Below are positions 39,895 through 48,983 of a DNA stretch of 64,000 nt, one piece after another. Below the pieces are notes generated by a model. It searched no databases, was not told the DNA's origin, and saw only the letters and a list, made by a program, of their open reading frames with translations. The position numbers and the translations under genes are program-made. The first letter of the stretch is position 1; each line of letters starts with the position of its first letter. This DNA is from a virus: the IMG/VR virus record IMGVR_UViG_3300044949_001245, positions 1 through 64,000 of that record, one strand, 5' to 3'.

Positions 39895-40770
39895 TTAAAG
39901 TGAAAGTAACATGTCGATGAGTTCTTGTTGAGGGAACATATCAACTTTGTCCTTTCTAACATTAGTGTGGTTCCAAAGTCCTGGAGTGTTCTCGCACATT
40001 TTTATGTCGAACACATCAAACGCATCAACCCCCTTTTGTCTTATCAAATCAGGCAACCCCTTGCGAACATCAATATTGTCTCTGTTCGCTATGAATAAAA
40101 TCAAATCTTTCAACGCATCAATCTGCTTGTCCGAATATCTATGCCAAACGCTGAAACCTCTAAATGGCTTTTTCAAAGTAACTATTTGGCTTGGGTGTAC
40201 CGCAGTTCCAACATACGTTTTTCCGCTCACCACTTGTCCGAAATTACAAACTTCAATCCCTACGCTATTTCTATGGATTGGAGCATTGCCTGTTCCTAAA
40301 TGCCATGCGTAACCGCCAGCTGGAAATGCTTGTACTACTTCTCCATCATGCTTGGCATCACCATTAGTAACTTTTTGACCACCTAAAACAAACTCAGTCG
40401 CAATAGCACCCCTCGTGTCTTTCGCCCAATTATTTACAGTGTTGTAAGGATTTTCCCAACCAGCTGTATGATGTAAAAACAACCAATTCTTTTTAGTTGG
40501 TCCATCAAAATACTCCCCTTTTGGAAGATAGTGTTGTTTAATCATCACAGTATCAGAAATCTTACTTTGGTCTGACGCATCAGTTGTAGCCAATCCCATA
40601 GCATTCCAAGTTTGTCTGCCTACGATGCCATCTACAACCAACCTATTTTCTTGTTGCCATTTTTTTACGGCAGCATCCGTTTTTGGACCAAAGACACCAT
40701 CATCATTCAATCCAAGAAATCTCTGGAGTTGCTTGACTTGCTCCCCCTTACTTCCAATTTTAAGTATCAT
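39895..40770 (-). CDS. Endolysin: PG-binding domain plus N-acetylmuramoyl-L-alanine amidase (Amidase_2)
   Basis: DGVFGPKT..AVKKWQ..DGIVG PG_binding_1 repeats; LHHTAG, AWHLG, SVGIEVCN, HTNVRKDKVD. Confidence 0.92.
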   Translation of the reverse strand: MILKIGSKGEQVKQLQRFLGLNDDGVFGPKTDAAVKKWQQENRLVVDGIVGRQTWNAMGLATTDASDQSKISDTVMIKQHYLPKGEYFDGPTKKNWLFLHHTAGWENPYNTVNNWAKDTRGAIATEFVLGGQKVTNGDAKHDGEVVQAFPAGGYAWHLGTGNAPIHRNSVGIEVCNFGQVVSGKTYVGTAVHPSQIVTLKKPFRGFSVWHRYSDKQIDALKDLILFIANRDNIDVRKGLPDLIRQKGVDAFDVFDIKMCENTPGLWNHTNVRKDKVDMFPQQELIDMLLSL

Positions 40771-40783
40771 ATCAAAAACAAAT

Positions 40784-40960
40784 TTACTCTTTTGGTAATC
40801 CTATCAAGCTGTCCTTGGAGCGCAATAACAATCCTGCCATTCCGAAAAATCCAATCAAACTGTCCCACTCAGCCCCTTTGTGGTGAGCATAAATAGTGTA
40901 CCCCAAAATTGCTAATCCAAGCAAAGTGGTAACATAATTTTTGAAAAGCCTATTTTTCAT
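40784..40960 (-). CDS. Putative holin (58 aa, two TM; below the ORF-track cutoff)
   Basis: Hand translation: MKNRLFKNYVTTLLGLAILGYTIYAHHKGAEWDSLIGFFGMAGLLLRSKDSLIGLPKE. Fills the gap before endolysin with an ATGA overlap upstream. Confidence 0.7.
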   Translation of the reverse strand: MKNRLFKNYVTTLLGLAILGYTIYAHHKGAEWDSLIGFFGMAGLLLRSKDSLIGLPKE

Positions 40961-41340
40961 GATTTATTTTTTAATAGTTTAACAAGTTCAGAAATGGCAG
41001 CCATTTCTTCATTTCTTGCGGCTGTTATCGCATTCTTAATTTCATCCAACGATGTCTTTTGATAGTTCATATGGATATTGACCGCTTCAAAATTTTTCCT
41101 AGTTTCTGCTGACAACAGTTCCAAGTCCTTTCGGAGCAATTCTGTTTCGCCTTTTCGCTTTCCTAGTTCCGCACGAATGTACGTCAAATCCTTTTCGGTG
41201 TCTTCCTTGTGCTTTTGGAAATCCGTTCTATTCTCCTTTTCAGCATCTTTGACTTGGCTAATCCACTGCTTAATAAAAAAGCTGGCCACCCCTAGTAATG
41301 TTGAATTCACGCCAAGTAATGCCCATGTTTCTACTGTCAT
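40957..41340 (-). CDS. Membrane-anchored coiled-coil lysis protein (holin/antiholin-like)
   Basis: Single N-terminal TM followed by coiled coil; first gene of the lysis cassette. Confidence 0.6.
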   Translation of the reverse strand: MTVETWALLGVNSTLLGVASFFIKQWISQVKDAEKENRTDFQKHKEDTEKDLTYIRAELGKRKGETELLRKDLELLSAETRKNFEAVNIHMNYQKTSLDEIKNAITAARNEEMAAISELVKLLKNKS

Positions 41341-41367
41341 ACTAACTAATTTTTTTACTTTTACACT

Positions 41368-41380
41368 CTATAACTGTAAC
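41368..41380 (-). promoter_or_regulatory. Degenerate late promoter motif (GTTACAGTTATAG) upstream of lysis cassette
   Basis: 9/13 match to the consensus; 28 nt upstream of ATG 41340. Confidence 0.4.
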
Positions 41381-41397
41381 AACTTAAAAATATGCAA

Positions 41398-42237
41398 TCA
41401 CCTCTGATTGTTTACCACTTCCTCCATTAATTGTCTAATTGTAAATTTGCTATCTAAAGACATTTTAGAACGCAATAAAATTTCATCGGCTTTTGCTCGT
41501 GGTGCGTACCTATAATGATAAAATGTAGCGTTCATCAATAGCTGGCGAACTGCGAACCAAGGTTCAAGTTCAACATCACCACCAACAGATTGAGTCACCA
41601 AAGATGCTCTGCGATATGTTGGTGAACTGAATACATAGCCATAGTCTTTGGGAAATCCACTCACAGGATTTGGCTCTACTGGCTCTACTGGCTTTGGTGG
41701 CTCTACTGGCGTAATTACGCCAATCGTGTCAGCCTCATCCATTTTATCCTTAACATTTTCATAAAATCCTCCTATGAAAATTACTAATAAATTATCTTCA
41801 CCATTGTAAACAAACATCTCTTCACTAGTGAAATCAAAATATGTTTGCGTTTCTCCCCCACCGCCCTTGTTTAAGATGAATGGCTCTTGTTTATGTACCC
41901 AAGTCAAATCCTTTATTTCAAGTTCCATATCTGGGGTGAATGGGTCAGGAAATTCCGACTCACTTATGTGTCCTAGTGCAATTTGAACAAAATCGAATTG
42001 ATAATCAGCAACGTATTCATACAAATTTAACTCCATTCCAACCATGTACTTCTCACCAGCAAAATCTTTAGAAAGTTCTGCCCTGTCGTATAAATTGGCG
42101 GAAAGTGTTTGTGGTCTAAACTCACCATAAATAGGCATTGCGTAATCACGGACAGTTCCTGTTCCTATTGAAGTTGCTCCAGTGAATACCTTTATTGTAG
42201 GTGAATCATTTAATGCTCTGAAAATGGATGTCTTCAT
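41398..42237 (-). CDS. Hypothetical (virion?) protein with PVEP repeats
   Basis: 279 aa; PVEPPKPVEPVEPNP linker encoded by 9-bp repeats near 41671-41710. Confidence 0.7.
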   Translation of the reverse strand: MKTSIFRALNDSPTIKVFTGATSIGTGTVRDYAMPIYGEFRPQTLSANLYDRAELSKDFAGEKYMVGMELNLYEYVADYQFDFVQIALGHISESEFPDPFTPDMELEIKDLTWVHKQEPFILNKGGGGETQTYFDFTSEEMFVYNGEDNLLVIFIGGFYENVKDKMDEADTIGVITPVEPPKPVEPVEPNPVSGFPKDYGYVFSSPTYRRASLVTQSVGGDVELEPWFAVRQLLMNATFYHYRYAPRAKADEILLRSKMSLDSKFTIRQLMEEVVNNQR

Positions 42238-42239
42238 AA

Positions 42240-42968
42240 TTACCCCTTTACTATTGGAATTACACTGCTACCTCCTAATGGTTCATAAAACTGTCCGTAA
42301 GTCCAATAAAATGTATTGCCATCAAAAACCCAAGTCCAAATATCTACTGATTGTGGTGACGTTGGAATAAATGAAATCTTGGAAACGGCTTGCTCCACCG
42401 CTGCTTTCTGAAGATTGTCAACTTCTTGTTCCAGTAAATTTTCAAATTGAAACCGCCTGTTACCATTTATTACACGACTGTTTATTGGTGGGGAAATACT
42501 GTATGTGTCACCTTTAGTTTGTCTCCCATCAATTATCAAGGTTCCATAGTCCCCATCCGATGCGTTGTTTATGTCAAGCTGGTAGTTGAAAATCTCATCA
42601 TCATCTTGAAAAATAATTTTAGCATTGTACCCTAGATAGTAACTCCAAGTGTATAAACCAACTCTATCTACATTTATTGACTGGAGTTGTAGTATCTGGA
42701 AAGCCTTTGGTATGACTGCCGGCACTTGTGACTCACAAACATTAAACCACTTACCAATAAACATACCCTGAAACGACATTGATGTTTCATCCATCGGTGC
42801 GGCAGTTGTAATTATTGCTTGATAGCATCTACTCAACCCCTCAGTATTTCGCACGGCTGAAAAATTTGAACCATTAATATCAGTGGCCCATCTTATGTAG
42901 GTGAATGCTTGTTTAACTACAGTTTCCGTACAAGGACAACCACAATCCTTTTGTCTAGTTTCTGCCAT
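42240..42968 (-). CDS. Putative virion protein with fibre-type YIRWA.D..G..F repeat
   Basis: FTYIRWATDINGSNFS; homologous to segments of the upstream ORF. Confidence 0.65.
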   Translation of the reverse strand: MAETRQKDCGCPCTETVVKQAFTYIRWATDINGSNFSAVRNTEGLSRCYQAIITTAAPMDETSMSFQGMFIGKWFNVCESQVPAVIPKAFQILQLQSINVDRVGLYTWSYYLGYNAKIIFQDDDEIFNYQLDINNASDGDYGTLIIDGRQTKGDTYSISPPINSRVINGNRRFQFENLLEQEVDNLQKAAVEQAVSKISFIPTSPQSVDIWTWVFDGNTFYWTYGQFYEPLGGSSVIPIVKG

Positions 42969-42996
42969 ATATTTTGTTTTTATCTAGTTTTGTTTT

Positions 42997-44568
42997 TTAA
43001 TCTAGTGGTCTGCCCTCTAGTGCAGTAATTCTCGCCTCATGCTCAATTATGACTGCTTTTGTTTCATTCAAATCTTCATTAAACGCATCTATATTTGATT
43101 CCACTGTTGCAAACCCTTCGTTCATTTTCTGTTTTATTTGATTATCTCCTGTCTCAATAACTACCAAAGTGCTATCTTTGTCAGGCTGATAAACTTCTAC
43201 CACCCACTTATCTATCTCATCACGCACAATATCTGATACGACAGGCTCAAGACCACCAGGTGTCGTTGCTTCGCAACATTGCTCCAATTTATTCTCCAAC
43301 GCTAGCAACCTAGTGTCGTAATAAGTCTGCATTTGAGTTATTGCAGTATTCAAAGTGGCATTTTGTTTTATCAATTCTTGAATTTGAAGAGTCATTGATG
43401 TACAACACCTCTCCGCATAATCTTTCAGCTCTTGATAATTAAATGTTAATTGTTCAATCTGAAGTGTCACCTTGCTTTCTAGTTGAGCAATGATTTCATA
43501 AAGGCTTGATATTTGCGCTTCAAGTTGTTTACAGCAATCATCCGTTCCTCCTGAAGTTCCTCCGCAACCACAATCGCAAGAAATTGGTAACCAAAGCCTT
43601 TTTGAACAAATGTAGTCAGCAAGTTGCTCTTCATTTAGTTCTACATCGCTGACTACTATGCTCCAATACTTTCTACATTTCCAACAAACTTCTCCAATAG
43701 TTCCTGAGGCACAACCTGGTGTTCCTAGCTTTATACTTATCACACCGCTGATGGTTTCCGCTACACCAGTGGAATCAACTCGCAATCTAATGAGGTTGTC
43801 TGGATTGGAATTTATATGGGTTGAGAAATTATCAACCATCCCTCCCACTATGGATAAACTGTCGACATCATTCCCTAAATCCAGCGAAATCACCCCCTGT
43901 GACAATACTGATGTTACCTTTACTGCGTAAGTTGCGAGTGGAGTGAGTGAGTTTGAGTTTATTTTAGGTTCAATGAAATAAACCTCTCCAGCAGATGCGT
44001 TTGATATTGTAACATCTATTCCACCATCGGCATTTGGTGCGTAACTTATTACATTAGATTGACTTTGGGGCTGATACGCATCTGCCCAAGTACAGTCAGC
44101 ACAAGGCACTTCATATTTTGGGTCTGTAAATATATCCCCCTCACAATCGCAATCATCAGCAAAACGCAAATAAACAAATTGAGGCTTTCCTTTCTCATCA
44201 CATCTACAGAACTCAGTCCATAAGTCCGTAAATAACTCTGGCCTCAATTGTACATTAGGTATTGCTACACTAGATGTTATCACCGCCCAATAGCAATGTA
44301 TTGAAGCATCGAAATTCATTGTGAACCCCGAACCGCTACAATCAGTAGCAAATGCTATGTACGTGTACCCTCCAGCAGAACTCGCTGCTCCGATGAGTGG
44401 ATACCAGTCCGCCAATATAACGTCATAGTAATAATGAACCTTTGCTGGTCCAGTTGTATATGGCGTATTAGCATCGTTGTACCAAAGTATTTTCGTATTC
44501 AGTGGAGGATTGACGCCCACGTGAATAGCTTTGATTAGTCCTAGATTTTTTGTTCCAATTATTGGCAT
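42997..44568 (-). CDS. Cys-rich putative fibre/whisker protein with C-terminal coiled coil
   Basis: YTYIAFATDCSGSGF and FVYLRFADDCDCEG repeats; CC pairs; heptads ending EHEARITALE. Confidence 0.6.
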   Translation of the reverse strand: MPIIGTKNLGLIKAIHVGVNPPLNTKILWYNDANTPYTTGPAKVHYYYDVILADWYPLIGAASSAGGYTYIAFATDCSGSGFTMNFDASIHCYWAVITSSVAIPNVQLRPELFTDLWTEFCRCDEKGKPQFVYLRFADDCDCEGDIFTDPKYEVPCADCTWADAYQPQSQSNVISYAPNADGGIDVTISNASAGEVYFIEPKINSNSLTPLATYAVKVTSVLSQGVISLDLGNDVDSLSIVGGMVDNFSTHINSNPDNLIRLRVDSTGVAETISGVISIKLGTPGCASGTIGEVCWKCRKYWSIVVSDVELNEEQLADYICSKRLWLPISCDCGCGGTSGGTDDCCKQLEAQISSLYEIIAQLESKVTLQIEQLTFNYQELKDYAERCCTSMTLQIQELIKQNATLNTAITQMQTYYDTRLLALENKLEQCCEATTPGGLEPVVSDIVRDEIDKWVVEVYQPDKDSTLVVIETGDNQIKQKMNEGFATVESNIDAFNEDLNETKAVIIEHEARITALEGRPLD

Positions 44569-44570
44569 TT

Positions 44571-46205
44571 CTATCTTTTTAACATGTTATTCAAAAACGA
44601 CTTTACAAATGGATTGTCATCTGACTCCCCCGACATAAATGGATTTTCCTCATCCATTGGCTCTCCTAGAAATTGGTTTATGTCGAAATCCTCATCACCG
44701 CCCCCCTCTTGACCAGACATCCCCATCCCTCCAGCTTGTTGTGCCTGTTGTTGCTTCATCATCAGCTGTTGTGAATAGGTTGGGTTCAAAATTATATCAC
44801 CGCCCTCTACTGGCTCCAATGCGTACTTTTTACGAATTTCGTTCACAGTTTGGAAATTGGCTAATTTCTTAACCTCAACGTCAAGTTCCTCTTGAATCGT
44901 CATACCATTTAAGCCCACGAAACAAAACTCATAGTCTGGGTCTATTTGCGCTATGATGTACTTGTTTATCTTTCTCTGGATGAACTTCAAAAGTGGATAT
45001 AAACCCTTGTCTTTTGAGTGCTTCAACTGCCCCTCGTTATTACTCTCAAACAATGACTTCGTTCCTGGTGTAGTGGAAATGTTAAACCCAATTTCATTTG
45101 GGTCAATCGCATAGATTGCGCAAGACAACTTGATGAGATATTCAGTCCATGAGTTGTACTCCATATCTCTATTCGACTTTTGTAAGTCAATCCAATCTAT
45201 ATCCGCATCAACTATCGGTGTTTTCCAAGATTGCTGAACGCCAGTAATCATAGACAACCATTCCTGTCTAAATGCCTGTAGTTGCTTTTCGTTTACATTC
45301 CCCTTTACTCTTAATAAACCCTTTGGAGCTGACCCCTGACTGAAGAAACGCTTGTTGTATTCGTCAGCCCATAGCATGGATGTTACTGTGCTCACTAGTT
45401 CCTCCAACTCACTCATTCCGTACCCTTGATTGTGTAGGTTGGTGGATGGGTTGCGAACTCCGAAACACAACTCCCATGGATAAAAGACACTTTTGACACT
45501 TCCTTGGTATATCTGTACATAAGATGGGTAATGGCCATTAACCATTTCCCTCTCATCACCTTGGTACATGTCGTCATCGTATGAGTCAGCCAGTCTGAAA
45601 GTAGCAGCATCCGTTGCGAAAAATTCATACAACTTTCCTTTCCTATCTCTTACAATCTCAAAGGTCATTTGGTCATATATGAGTGAGTCTTCAACCATTT
45701 TTCGGATGAATGTTTCAAAGTCATCTGTATGCCATCCTGAAGTAACTCCGCAATTCAAAATTGTGTCTTGAAGTTCTTCAATCTTTGTCCATTCCTCTGG
45801 AGTATTGTCACGCTCTGGTTCGCCCAACTTTCTCTTTTTGCGAATGATGAACCCAGTTGAGTATTTGTCCGCTTGCGGTTCAGCAAAGTCAGCAATCTGA
45901 TTTTTCCTAGTCTTCAGGATTGCGTTGATAATCGGTGTTTTGGACATCCGCTTGAGTGTAGTGTAACTCAGTGAAAATGGTTTGTCCTTGTAGCCAAAGT
46001 TGTGATTGAATTCAAGTGGGTCTATCAAAAAACTCTTTTTCTTACCAGAGTTGACTGCGTCATTTTCCTCTAGTATCTGCTTTGCTCTTATTAAATCCCC
46101 AGGTGAATTACCAGTCATGGCTTTTTCCAAAAGCATCATCTTTTTCACCGCTAGTTTTTGTTCTAGCGATGAAATTGAATCTAGCTTATTTTTGATTGAA
46201 CCCAT
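44571..46205 (-). CDS. Portal protein
   Basis: EDSLIYDQMTFE, GYGMSELE, NKRFFSQGSAPKG, RDMEY, IDPNEIG, KDKGLYPLL, TVNEIR. Confidence 0.93.
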   Translation of the reverse strand: MGSIKNKLDSISSLEQKLAVKKMMLLEKAMTGNSPGDLIRAKQILEENDAVNSGKKKSFLIDPLEFNHNFGYKDKPFSLSYTTLKRMSKTPIINAILKTRKNQIADFAEPQADKYSTGFIIRKKRKLGEPERDNTPEEWTKIEELQDTILNCGVTSGWHTDDFETFIRKMVEDSLIYDQMTFEIVRDRKGKLYEFFATDAATFRLADSYDDDMYQGDEREMVNGHYPSYVQIYQGSVKSVFYPWELCFGVRNPSTNLHNQGYGMSELEELVSTVTSMLWADEYNKRFFSQGSAPKGLLRVKGNVNEKQLQAFRQEWLSMITGVQQSWKTPIVDADIDWIDLQKSNRDMEYNSWTEYLIKLSCAIYAIDPNEIGFNISTTPGTKSLFESNNEGQLKHSKDKGLYPLLKFIQRKINKYIIAQIDPDYEFCFVGLNGMTIQEELDVEVKKLANFQTVNEIRKKYALEPVEGGDIILNPTYSQQLMMKQQQAQQAGGMGMSGQEGGGDEDFDINQFLGEPMDEENPFMSGESDDNPFVKSFLNNMLKR

Positions 46206-46227
46206 ATCTAATTATTCACAGTTTGAA

Positions 46228-47592
46228 TTATTGTCCTTTTTGATATCTAGTGAATGAATCAAATGCTTCTTTCATCATTGCAACTAGTGTCTTTTTATGT
46301 TTTGGACTTAATGAATTAAATTCTTGTTCTTGGTCTCTGCCATCCATTCCTAAATCATTCTCCATAATGTAATCATTTATGTCCTCTACAAATCCATCAC
46401 CACCCTCTTCATACATCTGGTAGTACGCATCGAAAAAGTCATCGCCATTTGAGAAATCCTTTTGACTTTCTTTGGAATCAACTTTGTTATCTGCACTTTC
46501 TTGCTCCGTTTCTTCAGAGTCATTAAATGATGCTCTGTCTTGTGCTTGCTCTTTAGTATTTCCAGGATTGATAAAATCATCTTCCTCAGAGTCATTAGAT
46601 GATGCTCTGTCTTCACCTAGAATTGCTTCCATGGCATAATCCCAATCCTCTTTCATCCCCTCTTTTTCTTCATCGCTCATATTAGGAAATTCCCAAGCAC
46701 TTGGAGCAACTTTATCCTCAATATCTTTATCAGACATTCCTAAATCTTTCAGAGCCATGTATTTTTTGAAAAGTTCTGCAGTGTCCATTTTGCCTTGAGA
46801 ATTGAATATGCCTTCAGCAAGGTCATCAATCATAGCATCTACATCTGAATCATCGCCTGAAAAATCTCCCCCATCATCCTCGTTTCTCTGTTGTGTTTCT
46901 GGGTGACCAGTTTTTTCTTTCAAAGAATTGAGTGAGTTTTGAGCCTCATCAATCGCAGCATGAGTTTCCGAATTATCTTGTTTTGTAGCATCGTGTAGCT
47001 TCATAGCTTGTCCAATTGGAACTCCGTGAGTGATTGCGAAATCAATAATCGCATCCTTGTCTGCGTGAGCATCTAAAGCAAACTTTACGCTATCTGGGTT
47101 GTCATAATCCATTGGCTCTTCATAATCGCCATCCAACTCACCTCTTTTTTGTAACTCTTCACGGGCAGCTTGAGCCATCTCATCATCGCCATCTACGAAT
47201 TTCATCAATACAGATGACTCAGTCTTGGAAGCATGGTTTGCTAGTTTTTCCAAATTGCTATCTTTAGCATATTTCTCAACCTCTTGTTTACCCTCTTCAC
47301 CTGGCTTTGTTCCGACCTCTTTTTTATCCTCTTGTTCCTCTGGTTTAGATGAGTCCTTACTGCCTTTCTCATCTTCTCCTTGGCGTACCCAACGACTAGT
47401 TTTGCGCCCCATCTTATCGGTGATTTGCTTTTTTACCAATCCTTGCTTTCCACCACCACCGCCTGATGAAGCATCAGGTCTTTGGTCTCCAAAGTCCATA
47501 TGACCCTTTGTTACTTCTTCTACTTCTTTGAAGCCTTTGAGGATTGTTAATTTTCTGAGCGCAATCTGCTCTTGTATTTTCTTATCAATCAT
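46228..47592 (-). CDS. Acidic putative capsid-internal protein
   Basis: LKG/TKG motifs; GLVKKQITDKMGRKTSRWVR; A..EL.KRGE module shared with 34387..35901. Confidence 0.65.
   Translation of the reverse strand: MIDKKIQEQIALRKLTILKGFKEVEEVTKGHMDFGDQRPDASSGGGGGKQGLVKKQITDKMGRKTSRWVRQGEDEKGSKDSSKPEEQEDKKEVGTKPGEEGKQEVEKYAKDSNLEKLANHASKTESSVLMKFVDGDDEMAQAAREELQKRGELDGDYEEPMDYDNPDSVKFALDAHADKDAIIDFAITHGVPIGQAMKLHDATKQDNSETHAAIDEAQNSLNSLKEKTGHPETQQRNEDDGGDFSGDDSDVDAMIDDLAEGIFNSQGKMDTAELFKKYMALKDLGMSDKDIEDKVAPSAWEFPNMSDEEKEGMKEDWDYAMEAILGEDRASSNDSEEDDFINPGNTKEQAQDRASFNDSEETEQESADNKVDSKESQKDFSNGDDFFDAYYQMYEEGGDGFVEDINDYIMENDLGMDGRDQEQEFNSLSPKHKKTLVAMMKEAFDSFTRYQKGQ
46515..46613. repeat. Internal duplication (about 27 bp unit, 72 bp apart) encoding DRAS[SF]NDSEE
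   Basis: tcagagtcattaaatgatgctctgtct and tcagagtcattagatgatgctctgtct. Confidence 0.75.
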
Positions 47593-47613
47593 AATTAATG
47601 ACTTTTGGATTTT

Positions 47614-48048
47614 TCAATTTTGTTTATCTAATAACTGTCGCTTGAACTTATTTATGTGCTTGTTGATGAAAGTTATTTCGATGTCGTCATCAGATGAATG
47701 ATGAATGAAAATGCGCCATGATTTCATTTTCACTATCATTTCATTTTCACCGCCTGAACTATCTGGTATTGAGTACGTTTCAGATGATTTTGATGAGTAA
47801 ATGAAATTGACTACATCCATGAAACACTCTACATCATCTTGCTCCGAAAATGAAAAAGTGACTAAACTGTTAACATCAGTGTTCAACAATTCAGCCACTC
47901 TAGTGTAATGTTCTACTTCCGTATTGGTCAGACTAAATTCACTTACTGCTTTGTAACGTAAACTTCTGTTGTTTGCGGACTGAACACACTCCGTTGCTTT
48001 CCCTCTCCAATTTTCATCTTCCAATACTTCTGGAACTCGCATAGCCAC
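47614..48048 (-). CDS. Hypothetical protein
   Basis: 144 aa; the start overlaps the upstream gene by about 100 nt and is uncertain. Confidence 0.55.
   Translation of the reverse strand: MAMRVPEVLEDENWRGKATECVQSANNRSLRYKAVSEFSLTNTEVEHYTRVAELLNTDVNSLVTFSFSEQDDVECFMDVVNFIYSSKSSETYSIPDSSGGENEMIVKMKSWRIFIHHSSDDDIEITFINKHINKFKRQLLDKQN
47629..47641 (-). promoter_or_regulatory. Candidate late promoter motif (ACAGTTATTA)
   Basis: Plus strand TAATAACTGTCGC, 37 nt upstream of ATG 47592, at the start of the portal operon. Confidence 0.5.
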
Positions 48049-48983
48049 ATTTCTATTTGGTGTAATGTAATTTTACCCTCTTTTGGTGTAACTATTTTAT
48101 ATTTGTTATTTTCTTTATCCCAATCCAAGTATTTGAAATCACCTATCTCAGCAAGTTTAGCCTTGGCCATGTCACGCAACATGTAAATTCCTTTTATCTG
48201 TTCGCCCTTACTTAATGACGGAAAAATTAACCGAATGCCGATGGAAGCACCTGGTCCAACATTCGTAAAATCATCTTGGTCAAACTTCATCAGTTGTATT
48301 CCTGAATATCTTGGCGCATATGTAAAGTCCTGATAAAATTCATGAGCAATAAAATCAGCAACTGCCGGCAATGTTTTCAAATAGCTTATTAACTCCTTTG
48401 GCTCTTTTGCGCTCAATAGCAGTTTGTTTATTTTTGGGATAGCAGAATGTATTGACGGAACAACTACTTGCGTGTAGCACCAATCTCTTTTCGCACCAGG
48501 ACAAGCCTGTGAATTTATCAGATACGCATTTGTATAAGGATTGTTTCCAGTTTCTCTGTATCCGTATATCAACTCAGCCCACTCACCCTTATCGTACTGG
48601 TCATAGCTTGGAAACATACCATCAAAAGATTTTTTCTGGCTACCTATCCACTCAAATGTTTCAGGGCAGTTAAATATCCTAAAAAGCATGATTTTCCAAA
48701 CCAAGTCCTTTCGACTATTTGGCTCCATCAAAACGTGCTTTATTTGCCACTGCGAATGTCTGTCCAGTTCCCGAAAAACATTTGTGAATTTATGATTGGA
48801 CATAAATGGGTCTTGGCTCCATGGTCTTGATTCATTCTTTACAAATCTGCGGTGCCATATTTCTTGTCGCTCAAACATGGTTTGAAAAAATAAACCTAGA
48901 TTTTCATCATCCACTTCCTTGTCCGATGATGGTAGGGCATTCCCCCAAGACTTCATACCATAAGCTGTTCTAAATTCTTCCAT
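47943..48983 (-). CDS. Alpha-glutamyl/putrescinyl thymine pyrophosphorylase clade 1-like (amino acid:DNA transferase superfamily) DNA hypermodification protein
   Basis: ERQEIWHRR..PWSQDP...KFTNVFRELDR, FRIFN, YTNAY, FIAHEFYQD, VGPGA..GI, IEMWLCEFQKY. Confidence 0.85.
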   Translation of the reverse strand: MEEFRTAYGMKSWGNALPSSDKEVDDENLGLFFQTMFERQEIWHRRFVKNESRPWSQDPFMSNHKFTNVFRELDRHSQWQIKHVLMEPNSRKDLVWKIMLFRIFNCPETFEWIGSQKKSFDGMFPSYDQYDKGEWAELIYGYRETGNNPYTNAYLINSQACPGAKRDWCYTQVVVPSIHSAIPKINKLLLSAKEPKELISYLKTLPAVADFIAHEFYQDFTYAPRYSGIQLMKFDQDDFTNVGPGASIGIRLIFPSLSKGEQIKGIYMLRDMAKAKLAEIGDFKYLDWDKENNKYKIVTPKEGKITLHQIEMWLCEFQKYWKMKIGEGKQRSVFSPQTTEVYVTKQ

